Positions 17,907-27,505 of a stretch of 64,000 bases of DNA are shown here, piece by piece (the stretch's first letter is position 1; every line of letters begins with the position of its first letter). Below the pieces are notes generated by a model. That model searched no databases and was not told the DNA's origin. It saw only the letters and a program-made list of their open reading frames with translations. The stretch comes from Thermoproteota archaeon (GTDB taxonomy: Archaea; Thermoproteota; EX4484-205; JAAOZO01), in assembly GCA_041479945.1 (NCBI GenBank), contig JBGOYZ010000001.1, forward strand, positions 563 through 64,562, given 5' to 3'. The position numbers and the translations under genes were made by a program.

Positions 17907-20900
17907 ATGAGTAGAGAACTAGAAGTAAAGTCGATCGATTCCATAACCTTTGGACTGCTGAGTCCGGCTACCATAAGGAAGATGTCCGTTGTTGAGATAA
18001 CCTCAGAGGAGGTCTACAATGAGGATGGTACTGCTGTGCCTGGAGGCGTGATGGATCTTCGACTTGGAACCATCGAACCCAGCCAACGGTGTCATACCTG
18101 TGGCAACCCCCCGACTCGGTGCCCGGGACACTATGGGCACATTGAGCTTCCAACTCCGATTGTCAATTATCTTTTCGCCAAGGAAATCCACCTCCTTCTG
18201 ACGATCACATGCAGGTCTTGTGGTAGGATACTCCTCCCTGATGAAAAGATCACGGATTATGGACAAGAGATGGCCAGATATCAGAAAGAATTCGGAGCCA
18301 TTCCCAACAAGATCTACTCCCAGATCATCCGGGAGGCAAAACGCATGGCCAGCTGTCCTCATTGTGGCTCCGCTCAATATGTGGTCAAGCCGGTCAAGCC
18401 CGCGGGCTTCTTTGAAGTCACCCCAGAGAAGATCACAACCAAGCTTACCCCAGCTATGGTGAGAGAACGGCTTGATAGGATCCCAGATGATGACCTTGTC
18501 TTGGTGAGGCTCGATCCCGAACTGGGTAGGCCAGAATGGATGGTGTTAGAGGTACTTCCAGTGCCACCAGTGCAGGTTAGGCCCTCGATCATACTTGAAA
18601 CCGGGGAAAGGTCGGAGGATGACCTCACGCACAAGTTGGTTGACATAGTTCGAGCCTCACAGCGCATGAAAGATGCCTTAGAGAGTGGTTCGTCACCCAT
18701 GATCGTCCAAGATTTCGATGAGCTCCTTCAGTATCACGTGACCACGTATCTGGACAACGAGGCCACGGGCGTTCCTCCATCCAGACATAGAACGAACAAG
18801 ATACTGAGGACCCTGTCTCAGAGGTTGAAAGGGAAGGAAGGTAGGTTCAGGAAGAACCTATCGGGGAAGAGGGTGGATTTCTCGGCTAGAACCGTGATAT
18901 CTCCCGACCCGTCGATCGCTGTGGATGAAGTTGGGGTTCCGATAGATGTTGCCATGGAGCTGACTGTCCCAGAGAAGGTCAACCCATTCAACAGAGAGGC
19001 ACTTCTCGCTCTTGTGAAGAACGGGGCATCGAAGTATCCAGGGGTCCGATATGTGATAAGGCCGGACGGCGCTAGGATAAAACTTGAGTTCGTGAAGGAT
19101 CTGGAGGCGTTCGCTGAAAGCGTCGCCGAGGGATTTATCGTCGAAAGACACCTACTTGACGGAGACTACGTTGTTTTCAACCGCCAGCCATCTCTTCACA
19201 GGATCTCGATGATGGGGCACAAGGTACGCGTGCTTCCTGGCAGAACCTTCAGGCTCCACCCCGCTGTCTGTACCCCGTATAACGCTGACTTCGATGGGGA
19301 CGAGATGAACTTACACGTTCCGCAAAGCGTCGAGGCGGTAGCTGAAACCAAGGAACTGCTTCAGGTCATGAAAAACTACATCACGCCCAGATACGGAGCG
19401 CCAATCGTGGGTGCCATAAGAGACTTCGTCACCGGTGCCTATCTGCTGACGCGCTCTGACACGGTTCTCACTAGAAAGGAGTTCTTCATGCTCCTTGAAG
19501 CCGCTGGAGTGGACCGAAACCGCATAGAGTCAGCTATCAAGAAACCGAAAGCGACATGGTCAGGCAAAGAGGCGTTCAGCGCGCTCCTGCCTGCGGATCT
19601 GCACTACAAAACTAGGGCGTCGGTTTGTGCGAACGATCCGAAATGTGACGAGGACAGCTGTCCTCATGAAGGCTTTGTGGTCATAGAAGATGGTGTGTTA
19701 CTGAAGGGAGTAATGGACAAGGCTTCCCTGGGTGCTGAGAAGCCTGCAACCATCATTCACGAAATCCTGTTGAACTACGGTGAAGTAGAGGCCCACAAGT
19801 TCCTGACATCACTCACTCGAATGATATCCACGTTCCTGAAGCTCAGAGGATTCAGTATGACTTACGCTGAACTCATCCTATCTGATCAGGCAAAAGATTG
19901 GATAGAGAGGGATCTCTCATCCGCGGACGACCGCGTGGCCGAGGTCATCTCTCAGTTCAAATCGGGAAAGTTGCAGAAGATACCCGGCCAGTCACAGGAG
20001 GATTCAGTGGAGGCCTACATCATGGACGTGCTCTCTGACATAAGGACCAGAACCGGCGAGTTGGCCAGCAAATCCTTGGGGCTCGACAACAGCGCGGTTG
20101 TGATGACGAGGACCGGTGCTCGGGGTTCCGATCTCAACTTGGGCCAAATGTGTGCGGCACTGGGGCCACAGCAGGTCCGTGGCAAGAGGATCTCAAGGGG
20201 GTATCTCGGGAGACCTCTTCCACACTTCAGGAGAGGAGACATTGGACCTGCTGCTAGGGGATTCATCAAGTCAAGTTACATGACAGGGCTTTCACCGGTT
20301 GAATTCTTCTATCACAGCATGGGAGGGAGAGAGTCATTGGTCGACACAGCTGTAAGGACGCAGCAGAGCGGATACCTCCAAAGGCGTCTGATTCACGCCC
20401 TTGAAACCCTGAAGGTGGAATATGATGGCACCGTGCGGGATCCATACGAGAACATCGTGGAGTTCATCTACGGTGACGATGGTCTGGATCCCGCGAAGAG
20501 CTACCACGGCAAGTTCCCAGTGGAGACGATAATCCGCAAACTCGCCTCATCAATGGACGTCAAGCTCGGTGTCAAGGCTGACAAGGTCGCAATCAGATCG
20601 GCGGTTGCCGCAAGAGTCAAGGACATTCCTCCCCTCATAGCGAAGGAGCTGGAGGGTGCGCTCCTATCACTTGGTGCGGATCCAGCGAGGGCACCGGAGG
20701 TAATCGACGCTACCTTGCGCAGGTATCTTGAGCTCACCGTGGACCCAGGCGAGTCCGTCGGGGTAATAGCGGCCCAGTCAATTGGTGAACCCGGGACGCA
20801 AATGACACTCCGAACCTTCCACTACGCCGGCATAAAGGAGGCCAACGTAACGCTGGGCCTTCCTAGGCTAATAGAGCTCTTGGACGCGAGAAGGATTCCC

Positions 20901-21734
20901 AAGACGCCATTGATGGAAGTTCATCTCTCCCCGGAGTATCGCGAGGATCAAAAGGAGGTTCTCAAAATCGCTAGGAGGATGCCATACACCTCTGTTGAAG
21001 ACATCGCCTCTGAAATCAAGATTCAGCAGTTCAAATCCGTGATAACCATAGGACTCTCAAAAGAAATGATGGTGGAGAGAGGGGTAACTCCGAAGAAGCT
21101 CCAGAGGAGTCTGATCGAAGCCGGCTTTAGACCCAGAAGGGAAAAGAAATTCGAGATCTCAATCACTGTCAAGGATTCTGAGGGAGACCTTACTCCGGTC
21201 GTCGACAAACTGAGAAAGGTTCCAGTCTCCGGCTTGTCGTCTGTTTCTAGGGTCACAGTCCGGGAAAAGGACGGCGAGTGGGTCATATTCACGGAGGGAT
21301 CCAATCTGATGGAAGCCTTGAAGATGCCAGAGGTTGACAAGACCCGGGTATTCACAAACAACATTCACGAGATCGGCGAAGTCCTAGGAATAGAGTCGGC
21401 CAGGACTGCCTTGGTCAAGGAGCTGAAAGACACTCTGGAGGAGCAAGGGCTTGATGTTGATATCAGGCACATAATGTTAGTGGCGTCCGCGATGACTACC
21501 TCCGGAAGGGTCAAACAGATAGGTAGGCACGGTCTCTCAGGAGAAAAAGTGAGTGTGCTGGCTAAGGCCGCGTTCGAGAGGACCATTCCCACACTAGTGG
21601 AGGGTGCCATCACCGGTTCAACAGATCACATGAGAGGAATGACTGAACGTGTCCTTGCAGGCGAGGAGATCAAAGCTGGGACAGGCATGATCGACGTGTA
21701 TGTCGATCTTAGGAAAGGTTTAACTCAACAATAA
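17907..21734 (+). CDS. rpoA: DNA-directed RNA polymerase subunit A, fused A' plus A''
   Basis: 1275-aa continuous ORF. It contains the RpoA' N-terminal zinc motifs, the NADFDGDEMN active-site motif, and the RpoA'' trigger-loop region GESVGVIAAQSIGEPGTQMTLRTFHYAG, all in one frame with no stop or frameshift. Confidence 0.9.
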   Translation: MSRELEVKSIDSITFGLLSPATIRKMSVVEITSEEVYNEDGTAVPGGVMDLRLGTIEPSQRCHTCGNPPTRCPGHYGHIELPTPIVNYLFAKEIHLLLTITCRSCGRILLPDEKITDYGQEMARYQKEFGAIPNKIYSQIIREAKRMASCPHCGSAQYVVKPVKPAGFFEVTPEKITTKLTPAMVRERLDRIPDDDLVLVRLDPELGRPEWMVLEVLPVPPVQVRPSIILETGERSEDDLTHKLVDIVRASQRMKDALESGSSPMIVQDFDELLQYHVTTYLDNEATGVPPSRHRTNKILRTLSQRLKGKEGRFRKNLSGKRVDFSARTVISPDPSIAVDEVGVPIDVAMELTVPEKVNPFNREALLALVKNGASKYPGVRYVIRPDGARIKLEFVKDLEAFAESVAEGFIVERHLLDGDYVVFNRQPSLHRISMMGHKVRVLPGRTFRLHPAVCTPYNADFDGDEMNLHVPQSVEAVAETKELLQVMKNYITPRYGAPIVGAIRDFVTGAYLLTRSDTVLTRKEFFMLLEAAGVDRNRIESAIKKPKATWSGKEAFSALLPADLHYKTRASVCANDPKCDEDSCPHEGFVVIEDGVLLKGVMDKASLGAEKPATIIHEILLNYGEVEAHKFLTSLTRMISTFLKLRGFSMTYAELILSDQAKDWIERDLSSADDRVAEVISQFKSGKLQKIPGQSQEDSVEAYIMDVLSDIRTRTGELASKSLGLDNSAVVMTRTGARGSDLNLGQMCAALGPQQVRGKRISRGYLGRPLPHFRRGDIGPAARGFIKSSYMTGLSPVEFFYHSMGGRESLVDTAVRTQQSGYLQRRLIHALETLKVEYDGTVRDPYENIVEFIYGDDGLDPAKSYHGKFPVETIIRKLASSMDVKLGVKADKVAIRSAVAARVKDIPPLIAKELEGALLSLGADPARAPEVIDATLRRYLELTVDPGESVGVIAAQSIGEPGTQMTLRTFHYAGIKEANVTLGLPRLIELLDARRIPKTPLMEVHLSPEYREDQKEVLKIARRMPYTSVEDIASEIKIQQFKSVITIGLSKEMMVERGVTPKKLQRSLIEAGFRPRREKKFEISITVKDSEGDLTPVVDKLRKVPVSGLSSVSRVTVREKDGEWVIFTEGSNLMEALKMPEVDKTRVFTNNIHEIGEVLGIESARTALVKELKDTLEEQGLDVDIRHIMLVASAMTTSGRVKQIGRHGLSGEKVSVLAKAAFERTIPTLVEGAITGSTDHMRGMTERVLAGEEIKAGTGMIDVYVDLRKGLTQQ

Positions 21735-21754
21735 CACGAGGAGTCGCAAGACTA

Positions 21755-22048
21755 TTGGAATCTGCGATAAGGACCACGTGCAGGACAGGAGAGGTTCTGT
21801 CGGGATACTTCTCGGTCAAGAAGTCGATAATGACGGGCAAGGTCAGTGCAGTCATCTACTCTGCGTCGTTGCCTGCTGAGAAGGCAGAGGAACTGGAGAA
21901 ACTATGCTCGCTCGCTGAAATACCGGTCAGGAAAATGGCCATCTCGCCAGCAGACTTTGGCTCACTGTGCAACAAGCCATTCCCAACGTCCGTTCTGGGC
22001 GTACGTTCCTTCGGCCAATCATCGCTGAAGGAGCTGATGACGAAGTGA
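21755..22048 (+). CDS. rpl30e: Ribosomal protein L30e
   Basis: 97 aa ending GSLCNKPFPTSVLGV. Conserved position after rpoA. Confidence 0.85.
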   Translation: MESAIRTTCRTGEVLSGYFSVKKSIMTGKVSAVIYSASLPAEKAEELEKLCSLAEIPVRKMAISPADFGSLCNKPFPTSVLGVRSFGQSSLKELMTK

Positions 22049-22482
22049 CATCTCCTAAGGTAAGGCTCTCGACAGAAACCTTCAGGTATCTTGCGCTCTT
22101 TGAGCGTATAGCAAGAGTAAGGCCCATTGACTGTGTGGTCTCGCCAGAGGGAGAGATAATCTTCCTAGTGAACCCAGACGAATACCCGCTCGTCACGATG
22201 AACCCGACCAAACCTCTGATACATCTCTCAAGGATGCTGAACACGAGAGTTCTGGCCTATCCTCTTTGCGAGAACACCGAGGAGTTTGTTGCTGGGCTCT
22301 TCAGACAGGTCAGGGTTGATTCGGTCTCACTGGTCAACGTGAAAGATGGCAGGCGAATCGCCAACGTGAAGGTAGCTGAAGTAGACAAGGGCAAAGCGAT
22401 CGGCCAAGGGGGAGCCAATGTGAAAAGAGCCTCTCTGCTGATCAAGAGATACTTCGAAGTTGATCAAGTGAAAATCGTATAA
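22045..22482 (+). CDS. nusA: Transcription termination/antitermination factor NusA (archaeal KH-domain type)
   Basis: KH-domain pattern (KAIGQGGANVKRASLLIKRYF). Probable GTG start at 22045 overlapping the L30e stop as GTGA; the track ORF begins earlier, inside L30e. Confidence 0.75.
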   Translation: MTSPKVRLSTETFRYLALFERIARVRPIDCVVSPEGEIIFLVNPDEYPLVTMNPTKPLIHLSRMLNTRVLAYPLCENTEEFVAGLFRQVRVDSVSLVNVKDGRRIANVKVAEVDKGKAIGQGGANVKRASLLIKRYFEVDQVKIV

Positions 22483-22517
22483 GGTTAATAAGCAGCCGTC
22501 GCAATTCGTAGCGTCTA

Positions 22518-22955
22518 ATGTCAAAAGGCGCAAGAGGGGAATTCGCAGCAAGGACGTTGAAGAAGAGAAGGAATAAATTCAAATGGAGCGACAAATACTA
22601 CACCCGTAGAATCCTCTCTCTGAAGGCCAGATACGATCCCCTCGGAAATGCGCCGATGGCGAGGGGCATAGTGCTCGAAAAGGTTGGGATAGAGAGCAAG
22701 CAGCCAAATAGCGCTGTCAGGAAATGTGTTCGCGTTCAGCTGATCAAGAACAACAAGGAGATAACCGCCTTTGTGCCAGAGGACGGTGGTCTGAACTTCA
22801 TAGATGAGAGAGACGAGGTTCTACTAGCTGGCATAGGTGGCTCAGGGGGAAGATCCATGGGAGATCTACCTGGGGTCAGGTACAAGGTCGTGGCCGTGAA
22901 CGACATCTCATTGGAAGCGATGCTCAAGGGCAAGAAGCAAAAGATCAGGAAGTAG
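22518..22955 (+). CDS. rps12: Ribosomal protein S12 (uS12)
   Basis: [31 protein letters not shown]...: classic S12. Confidence 0.9.
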   Translation: MSKGARGEFAARTLKKRRNKFKWSDKYYTRRILSLKARYDPLGNAPMARGIVLEKVGIESKQPNSAVRKCVRVQLIKNNKEITAFVPEDGGLNFIDERDEVLLAGIGGSGGRSMGDLPGVRYKVVAVNDISLEAMLKGKKQKIRK

Positions 22956-23122
22956 AGGGCTCAATCAGCCAGCAGAACTAGGGAACAATCCGAACAGCAA
23001 ATCCGAACTCAAGCATAGTCCGTCTGGTTCCGAAGAACGGAAACGATAGGTATTATAACCCCCTATGTCCATCGCCTTCCATGAATGAGCGCTGTGCGCT
23101 CTCGCGAAGGAGATGAGAAGCA

Positions 23123-23701
23123 ATGTCAGTCGAACCTGAACCCATAAAGCTGTTTGGGAAGTACGCCTTCGATGATCTAAAGGTAACCGACAGAACCCTC
23201 GAGACCGCTATCTCTTTCAAACCGATATTCCTGCCTCATTCGGCCGGCAGGCACGAGCACAAGAGATTCGCTAAGAATTCGATCAACGTGGTTGAACGAC
23301 TCGCGAACCTGATATCTCTGACGCAGAAGGCGGGAGGAAAGAAGGCCCAAGCGATCAAGATAATGGAGGCCGCTTTGGACTCTGTCAGTTCCAAGAAGAA
23401 AGAGAATCCTCTCAGAGTCCTGTTGACGGCAATAGAGAACAGCGCTCCCAGAGAGGACACAACTAGGGTCAGCTACGGAGGCATCCTGTACTATCAAGCG
23501 GTGGACATCTCTCCGACCAGAAGAGTGGATCTAGCCCTTAGGAATCTCGTCAAGGGCGCTAGGAGGGATTCCTTCAAATCAACAACTCCTTTCCACGAGG
23601 CTATGGCGAATCAGATAGCACGGGCGGCCGATAAGGATCCAAAATGTTTCGCCATCGCACGGAAAGATGAACTAGAGAAGCATGCCTTGGCTTCTAGGTA
23701 A
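23123..23701 (+). CDS. rps7: Ribosomal protein S7 (uS7)
   Basis: 192 aa with S7 family motifs (INVVERLANLI, SYGGILYYQAVD). Confidence 0.9.
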   Translation: MSVEPEPIKLFGKYAFDDLKVTDRTLETAISFKPIFLPHSAGRHEHKRFAKNSINVVERLANLISLTQKAGGKKAQAIKIMEAALDSVSSKKKENPLRVLLTAIENSAPREDTTRVSYGGILYYQAVDISPTRRVDLALRNLVKGARRDSFKSTTPFHEAMANQIARAADKDPKCFAIARKDELEKHALASR

Positions 23702-23765
23702 GCCCTTCAGATAACCTTTATAATGGCACGGCCCAAACTGAAGGTCGTCTAAAGGTGAATTCGTA

Positions 23766-25079
23766 ATGAGTAGTGCTAGTTCGAAACCGCACCTGAATCT
23801 AGTCGTGGCTGGGCACGTGGATCACGGAAAGAGTACAACGACTGGTCACCTGCTATATCTCAAGGGATACGTCGACGCAAGGAAACTGGATGAACTTGCG
23901 AAGGAGTCTGCGAGGACTGGTCTTGGTGAGAGCTTCAAGTACGCTTGGGTTCTCGACACTGTCAAGGAAGAGCGAGAAAGAGGTGTCACAATAGACGCTG
24001 CCTACGTGAAGTTCATCACAGACAAGTACTACTTCACTGTCATTGATGCTCCGGGACACAGAGACTTTGTCAAGAACATGATAACTGGGGCAAGTCAAGC
24101 GGACGGCGCCCTTCTGGTCGTCTCTGCAAAGAAAGGGGAATTCGAGACCGGGATTAGTCCAGAGGGCCAGACGAGAGAACACGCCTTCCTGCTCTTCACG
24201 TTGGGCGTCCGCCAAATTGTTGTGGCTGTCAACAAGATGGATGATCAGACTGTCAACTGGAGCAAGGATAGGTTTGAGGAGGTAAAGAAGGCCATACTTG
24301 ACCTGATGGTTCCGATGGGCTTTGACCTGAAGAAACACAAGATCTTCGTCGTTCCAATCAGCGGGTGGCTCGGCGACAACCTAGTGACAAAATCAGAGCA
24401 CATGCCATGGTACGACGGCCCGACTCTGGTCGGGGTACTAGACCAATTCGAACCCCCTGCGAAGCCAACTGACAAGCCATTGAGGCTTCCGATCCAACAG
24501 GTGTTCAACATTCCAGGTGTGGGAACGGTGCCGGTCGGTCGTGTGGAGACAGGAGTGCTGAAGGTCAACGACAAGATTGTTGTGAATCCGTCTGGTAAAC
24601 ACGGCGAAGTTCGAAGCATTGAGATGCATCACGAGAGGATGGAGAAAGCCGAGCCTGGAGACAATGTGGGTCTGAACATCAAGGGCATATCACAGAAAGA
24701 AATGAAGAGAGGAGATGTCGTCGGAACCGAGGCCAACCCTCCGTCCATTGCAAAGGAATTCATCGGCCGGATCATAGTCATTCGCCATCCGACAGCGATC
24801 GCTGTTGGCTACACCCCAGTCCTTCACATTCATACGGAGCAGGTTGCATGTGAGTTCGCAGAGTTGGTCAAGAAGATCGACGCTAGAACCGGTGCGGCTG
24901 TAGAAGATAAGCCCGCCTTCCTAAAGACTGGAGATGCAGCTATCGTCAGGTTCAGGCCACTCAGGCCAATATCGCTTGAGACTTTCTCCGACTTCCCACC
25001 CTTGGGAAGATTCGCCATAAGAGACATGGGTCTAACCGTAGCGGCTGGCGTGACGATGGAGATCACTCAGAAGGGATAG
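23766..25079 (+). CDS. tuf: Elongation factor 1-alpha
   Basis: GHVDHGKST G1 motif, DAPGHRDF, NKMD. 437 aa. Confidence 0.95.
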   Translation: MSSASSKPHLNLVVAGHVDHGKSTTTGHLLYLKGYVDARKLDELAKESARTGLGESFKYAWVLDTVKEERERGVTIDAAYVKFITDKYYFTVIDAPGHRDFVKNMITGASQADGALLVVSAKKGEFETGISPEGQTREHAFLLFTLGVRQIVVAVNKMDDQTVNWSKDRFEEVKKAILDLMVPMGFDLKKHKIFVVPISGWLGDNLVTKSEHMPWYDGPTLVGVLDQFEPPAKPTDKPLRLPIQQVFNIPGVGTVPVGRVETGVLKVNDKIVVNPSGKHGEVRSIEMHHERMEKAEPGDNVGLNIKGISQKEMKRGDVVGTEANPPSIAKEFIGRIIVIRHPTAIAVGYTPVLHIHTEQVACEFAELVKKIDARTGAAVEDKPAFLKTGDAAIVRFRPLRPISLETFSDFPPLGRFAIRDMGLTVAAGVTMEITQKG

Positions 25080-25166
25080 GCGGATCTTTTCAGAGCGACG
25101 GAACAAAAATAGGTCGGTGCTTACAGTTAGGCAGTTCTTCGTCGGAGCTACGCTGGGGTTGGCCAC

Positions 25167-25766
25167 CTACACGGGGAAGAACTCTTCCCAGGCCTTCTCT
25201 TTCGATATGAACAACATGTCTATTCCATTTCCCGATGCCGAGTCTCTCTCAAGGGCCGATCTGACCGTCTTCAAGACTTGTCCTTTGGCCTCGTCGTAGC
25301 TCATGTCGTCCTTGTACGTGGCTTCAAGGATGCCGAGAGCAAGCTCACTTCCGCTACCCACAGCAGCGTACTTGTCCTCGATGATCGATCCCAATGCGTC
25401 CATGACTATGACGCTCTTCTCCCCTCTGTCAAATCCGCCGATTATCAGCTGGGTGAAGAGTGGGGCTAGCCTGTTGGAGAAGAGTATATTGGATATGAGC
25501 TTAGCCAGCGCTCTGGCATTCATCTCCCTGTTGGTCTGCAGTCTGAACATGTTCGCGCCGTATTTCGCCTCCCTCAAAATCGTCTGGATGTCTGATATCA
25601 CCCCGGCCGACGACAATCCGATGGTATTCGTGATCTTGAACACTTTCCTTGCGTTCTTGCTCAGTATGAAGGTTCCATATGAAGCCCTTCTGTCCGCGGC
25701 GAGGACGACGCCATCGCCGTAGATCATCCCTAGGGCGGTGGCTCCGGGAATGAAAGAGGAAGACAT
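25167..25766 (-). CDS. Proteasome beta-type subunit paralogue with Thr1 replaced by Ala (probably non-catalytic)
   Basis: Aligns to archaeal beta subunits over its whole length, conserving G5, D17, R19 and K33. The position of the catalytic Thr1 reads ...PG-ATALG instead of G-TTTVG. Confidence 0.8.
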   Translation of the reverse strand: MSSSFIPGATALGMIYGDGVVLAADRRASYGTFILSKNARKVFKITNTIGLSSAGVISDIQTILREAKYGANMFRLQTNREMNARALAKLISNILFSNRLAPLFTQLIIGGFDRGEKSVIVMDALGSIIEDKYAAVGSGSELALGILEATYKDDMSYDEAKGQVLKTVRSALERDSASGNGIDMLFISKEKAWEEFFPV

Positions 25767-25801
25767 GATCGTTTTATCGCGAACTGCGGATTTAAATGAT
25801 T

Positions 25802-26872
25802 CTATGTCTTTGGAGCCACCACTAGCTCTGGCGGGAACCCAGAGTTGTTGACTTGGATGTCAGCAGCGCCGAACATCCTTGCCACATGAACCTCCGTAAG
25901 GAGATGCTCGGATACGCTCGGCATAGTTATCTTGGACTGTCCCTCTGCCTTCAGCATATAGGGGAGTATCATGTCGGCGAAATGTTCGTCAACGGCGCCC
26001 CCGGCATTGACGCAACTGCTGAAGGCGGTTGCTGCTTCAGAGCCAACGATCTCCGCTGCCTTTCCTCTTTCTCCTATGGAGTCTGCTCCAATGAAACTGA
26101 GTGACTTGGAACTAGCCCACAAGGTTACGCTACTTCCGGGGGAGATGGAATTGTCCAGACATACAGTGTCCAACTCTGCTATTGAGATGCCGGCGCTGCT
26201 CAATAGAGCCCTGGCGCTCATCGCTTGTCTTTCTGCCACAGACACAGGAAGGTGTGCACATCTGCTTATGCCATGGCATTTCAGGTCATTCTTTGGGGAG
26301 GCATCCGCTATGAGCGGCACTAGTCGAGCACGAGGCTTGACCTCGAACCTGACGATTCCCCCTCCCTTGGGGTAGTAACCGCTTCTGATCAGTTTGACGG
26401 AAACGTCCACGCCCATAGCACGCAGACCATTGAGGAAGACTTGATCGAAGTAGTCTACGGTAGGGCTCCATTTGACTTCGGTTCCACCAACTATTCTTCC
26501 GCTAACTGGTCGCTCGGCCATCAAAGCGACTGGGAGGATGGCTTGAAGGACAAGCGTCACACTACCTGCTGTCCCAACGTTGAACTCGAACTCCCCTCCT
26601 GTCACCTTTCCCGGTCTGAAGGAGATCGATGAAGACCCGATCTCGTTTCCGGTCAACTTAGCGTTCGCCAATATGCCTACCGCTTTAATGGCCGCGAGGT
26701 GCTGTGGCCTTATTCCTGGGGGGGTTCTGTTGGCCCTTATGTTGACTATGGTCACTTCCTCACCCAGCAAAGTGGACAGGCCCATCGAGAACCTCAGAAG
26801 TTGTCCTCCTCCCTCCCCATAGGACCCGTCTATCTCCATCGGGTCGCGAGCCTTGTCAGCATTTTTAAACAA
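25802..26872 (-). CDS. rtcA: RNA 3'-terminal phosphate cyclase RtcA
   Basis: GSYGEGGGQLLR N-terminal motif and overall 356-aa cyclase architecture. Confidence 0.8.
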   Translation of the reverse strand: MFKNADKARDPMEIDGSYGEGGGQLLRFSMGLSTLLGEEVTIVNIRANRTPPGIRPQHLAAIKAVGILANAKLTGNEIGSSSISFRPGKVTGGEFEFNVGTAGSVTLVLQAILPVALMAERPVSGRIVGGTEVKWSPTVDYFDQVFLNGLRAMGVDVSVKLIRSGYYPKGGGIVRFEVKPRARLVPLIADASPKNDLKCHGISRCAHLPVSVAERQAMSARALLSSAGISIAELDTVCLDNSISPGSSVTLWASSKSLSFIGADSIGERGKAAEIVGSEAATAFSSCVNAGGAVDEHFADMILPYMLKAEGQSKITMPSVSEHLLTEVHVARMFGAADIQVNNSGFPPELVVAPKT

Positions 26873-26891
26873 ACGAGTTGTCCCAAAGGCG

Positions 26892-27434
26892 ATGAGTAAG
26901 GATAGCTGGGCGCTCTTCGTGGGCAGGTTTCAGCCCTTCCATAAGGGCCACTTGCACGCGATCCATCTAATACTGGAGAGAGAACCGAAAGTCGTCATAG
27001 CAGTAGGAAGTTCGTTGTCCAGCCATGAAGAACGGAACCCGTTCACCATGGGAGAACGAGTTCAGATGATATTGGCTGCTCTTGCCGAGAATAACGTCGA
27101 AAGAGGCAGATACCTGATAACAGGAGTTCCAGACACCGAGTTCCACCCTTCTTGGGTTACATATGTCCTCAAGAGCGTACCTCCCATCAATCGGGTGTAC
27201 ACAAACGATCCGCTGACGACTACATTATTCGAAGAGGAGGGGTATGAAGTAGTCGCCATCCCCCTTCAAGATAGGAGTGCATACTCTGGCACGGAGATAA
27301 GGCGCAGGATAGTGAACCGTGAGGATTGGTCGGACCTGGTCCCAAGAGCAGTCCATGACGTCATCAGGGGCTTCCACGGAGATGTCAGGATCAGGAGAAT
27401 CTCTGGCAGCGATTCCGACAAGACCCAACAGTAG
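26892..27434 (+). CDS. nadM: Nicotinamide-nucleotide adenylyltransferase (archaeal NMNAT)
   Basis: GRFQPFHKGH (H/T-x-G-H nucleotidyltransferase motif) and ISGTEIRRR. The track start at 26853 is probably too far upstream. Confidence 0.85.
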   Translation: MSKDSWALFVGRFQPFHKGHLHAIHLILEREPKVVIAVGSSLSSHEERNPFTMGERVQMILAALAENNVERGRYLITGVPDTEFHPSWVTYVLKSVPPINRVYTNDPLTTTLFEEEGYEVVAIPLQDRSAYSGTEIRRRIVNREDWSDLVPRAVHDVIRGFHGDVRIRRISGSDSDKTQQ

Positions 27435-27505
27435 ACTTCAAGTCCGCCGTCGTAGAGTCGGGGAGCAGATACTGCTTGGGTTCTGCATCCTAGCAGTCAC
27501 CCGTC

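Noticed and set aside
14525-21734. Dozens of 60-160-aa antisense and alternative-frame ORFs inside rpoB and rpoA (e.g. 15014..15301-, 17069..17545-, 18374..18700-)
   Set aside because: These are typical GC-rich spurious ORFs shadowing long, highly conserved genes. Their compositions are Arg/Ser/Pro-rich with no motifs.
25303-25722. ORF 25303..25722(+) 139 aa antisense to the inactive beta-subunit gene
   Set aside because: It is entirely antisense within a gene that has strong family signal, has low-complexity Ser/Leu/Pro composition, and is judged spurious.
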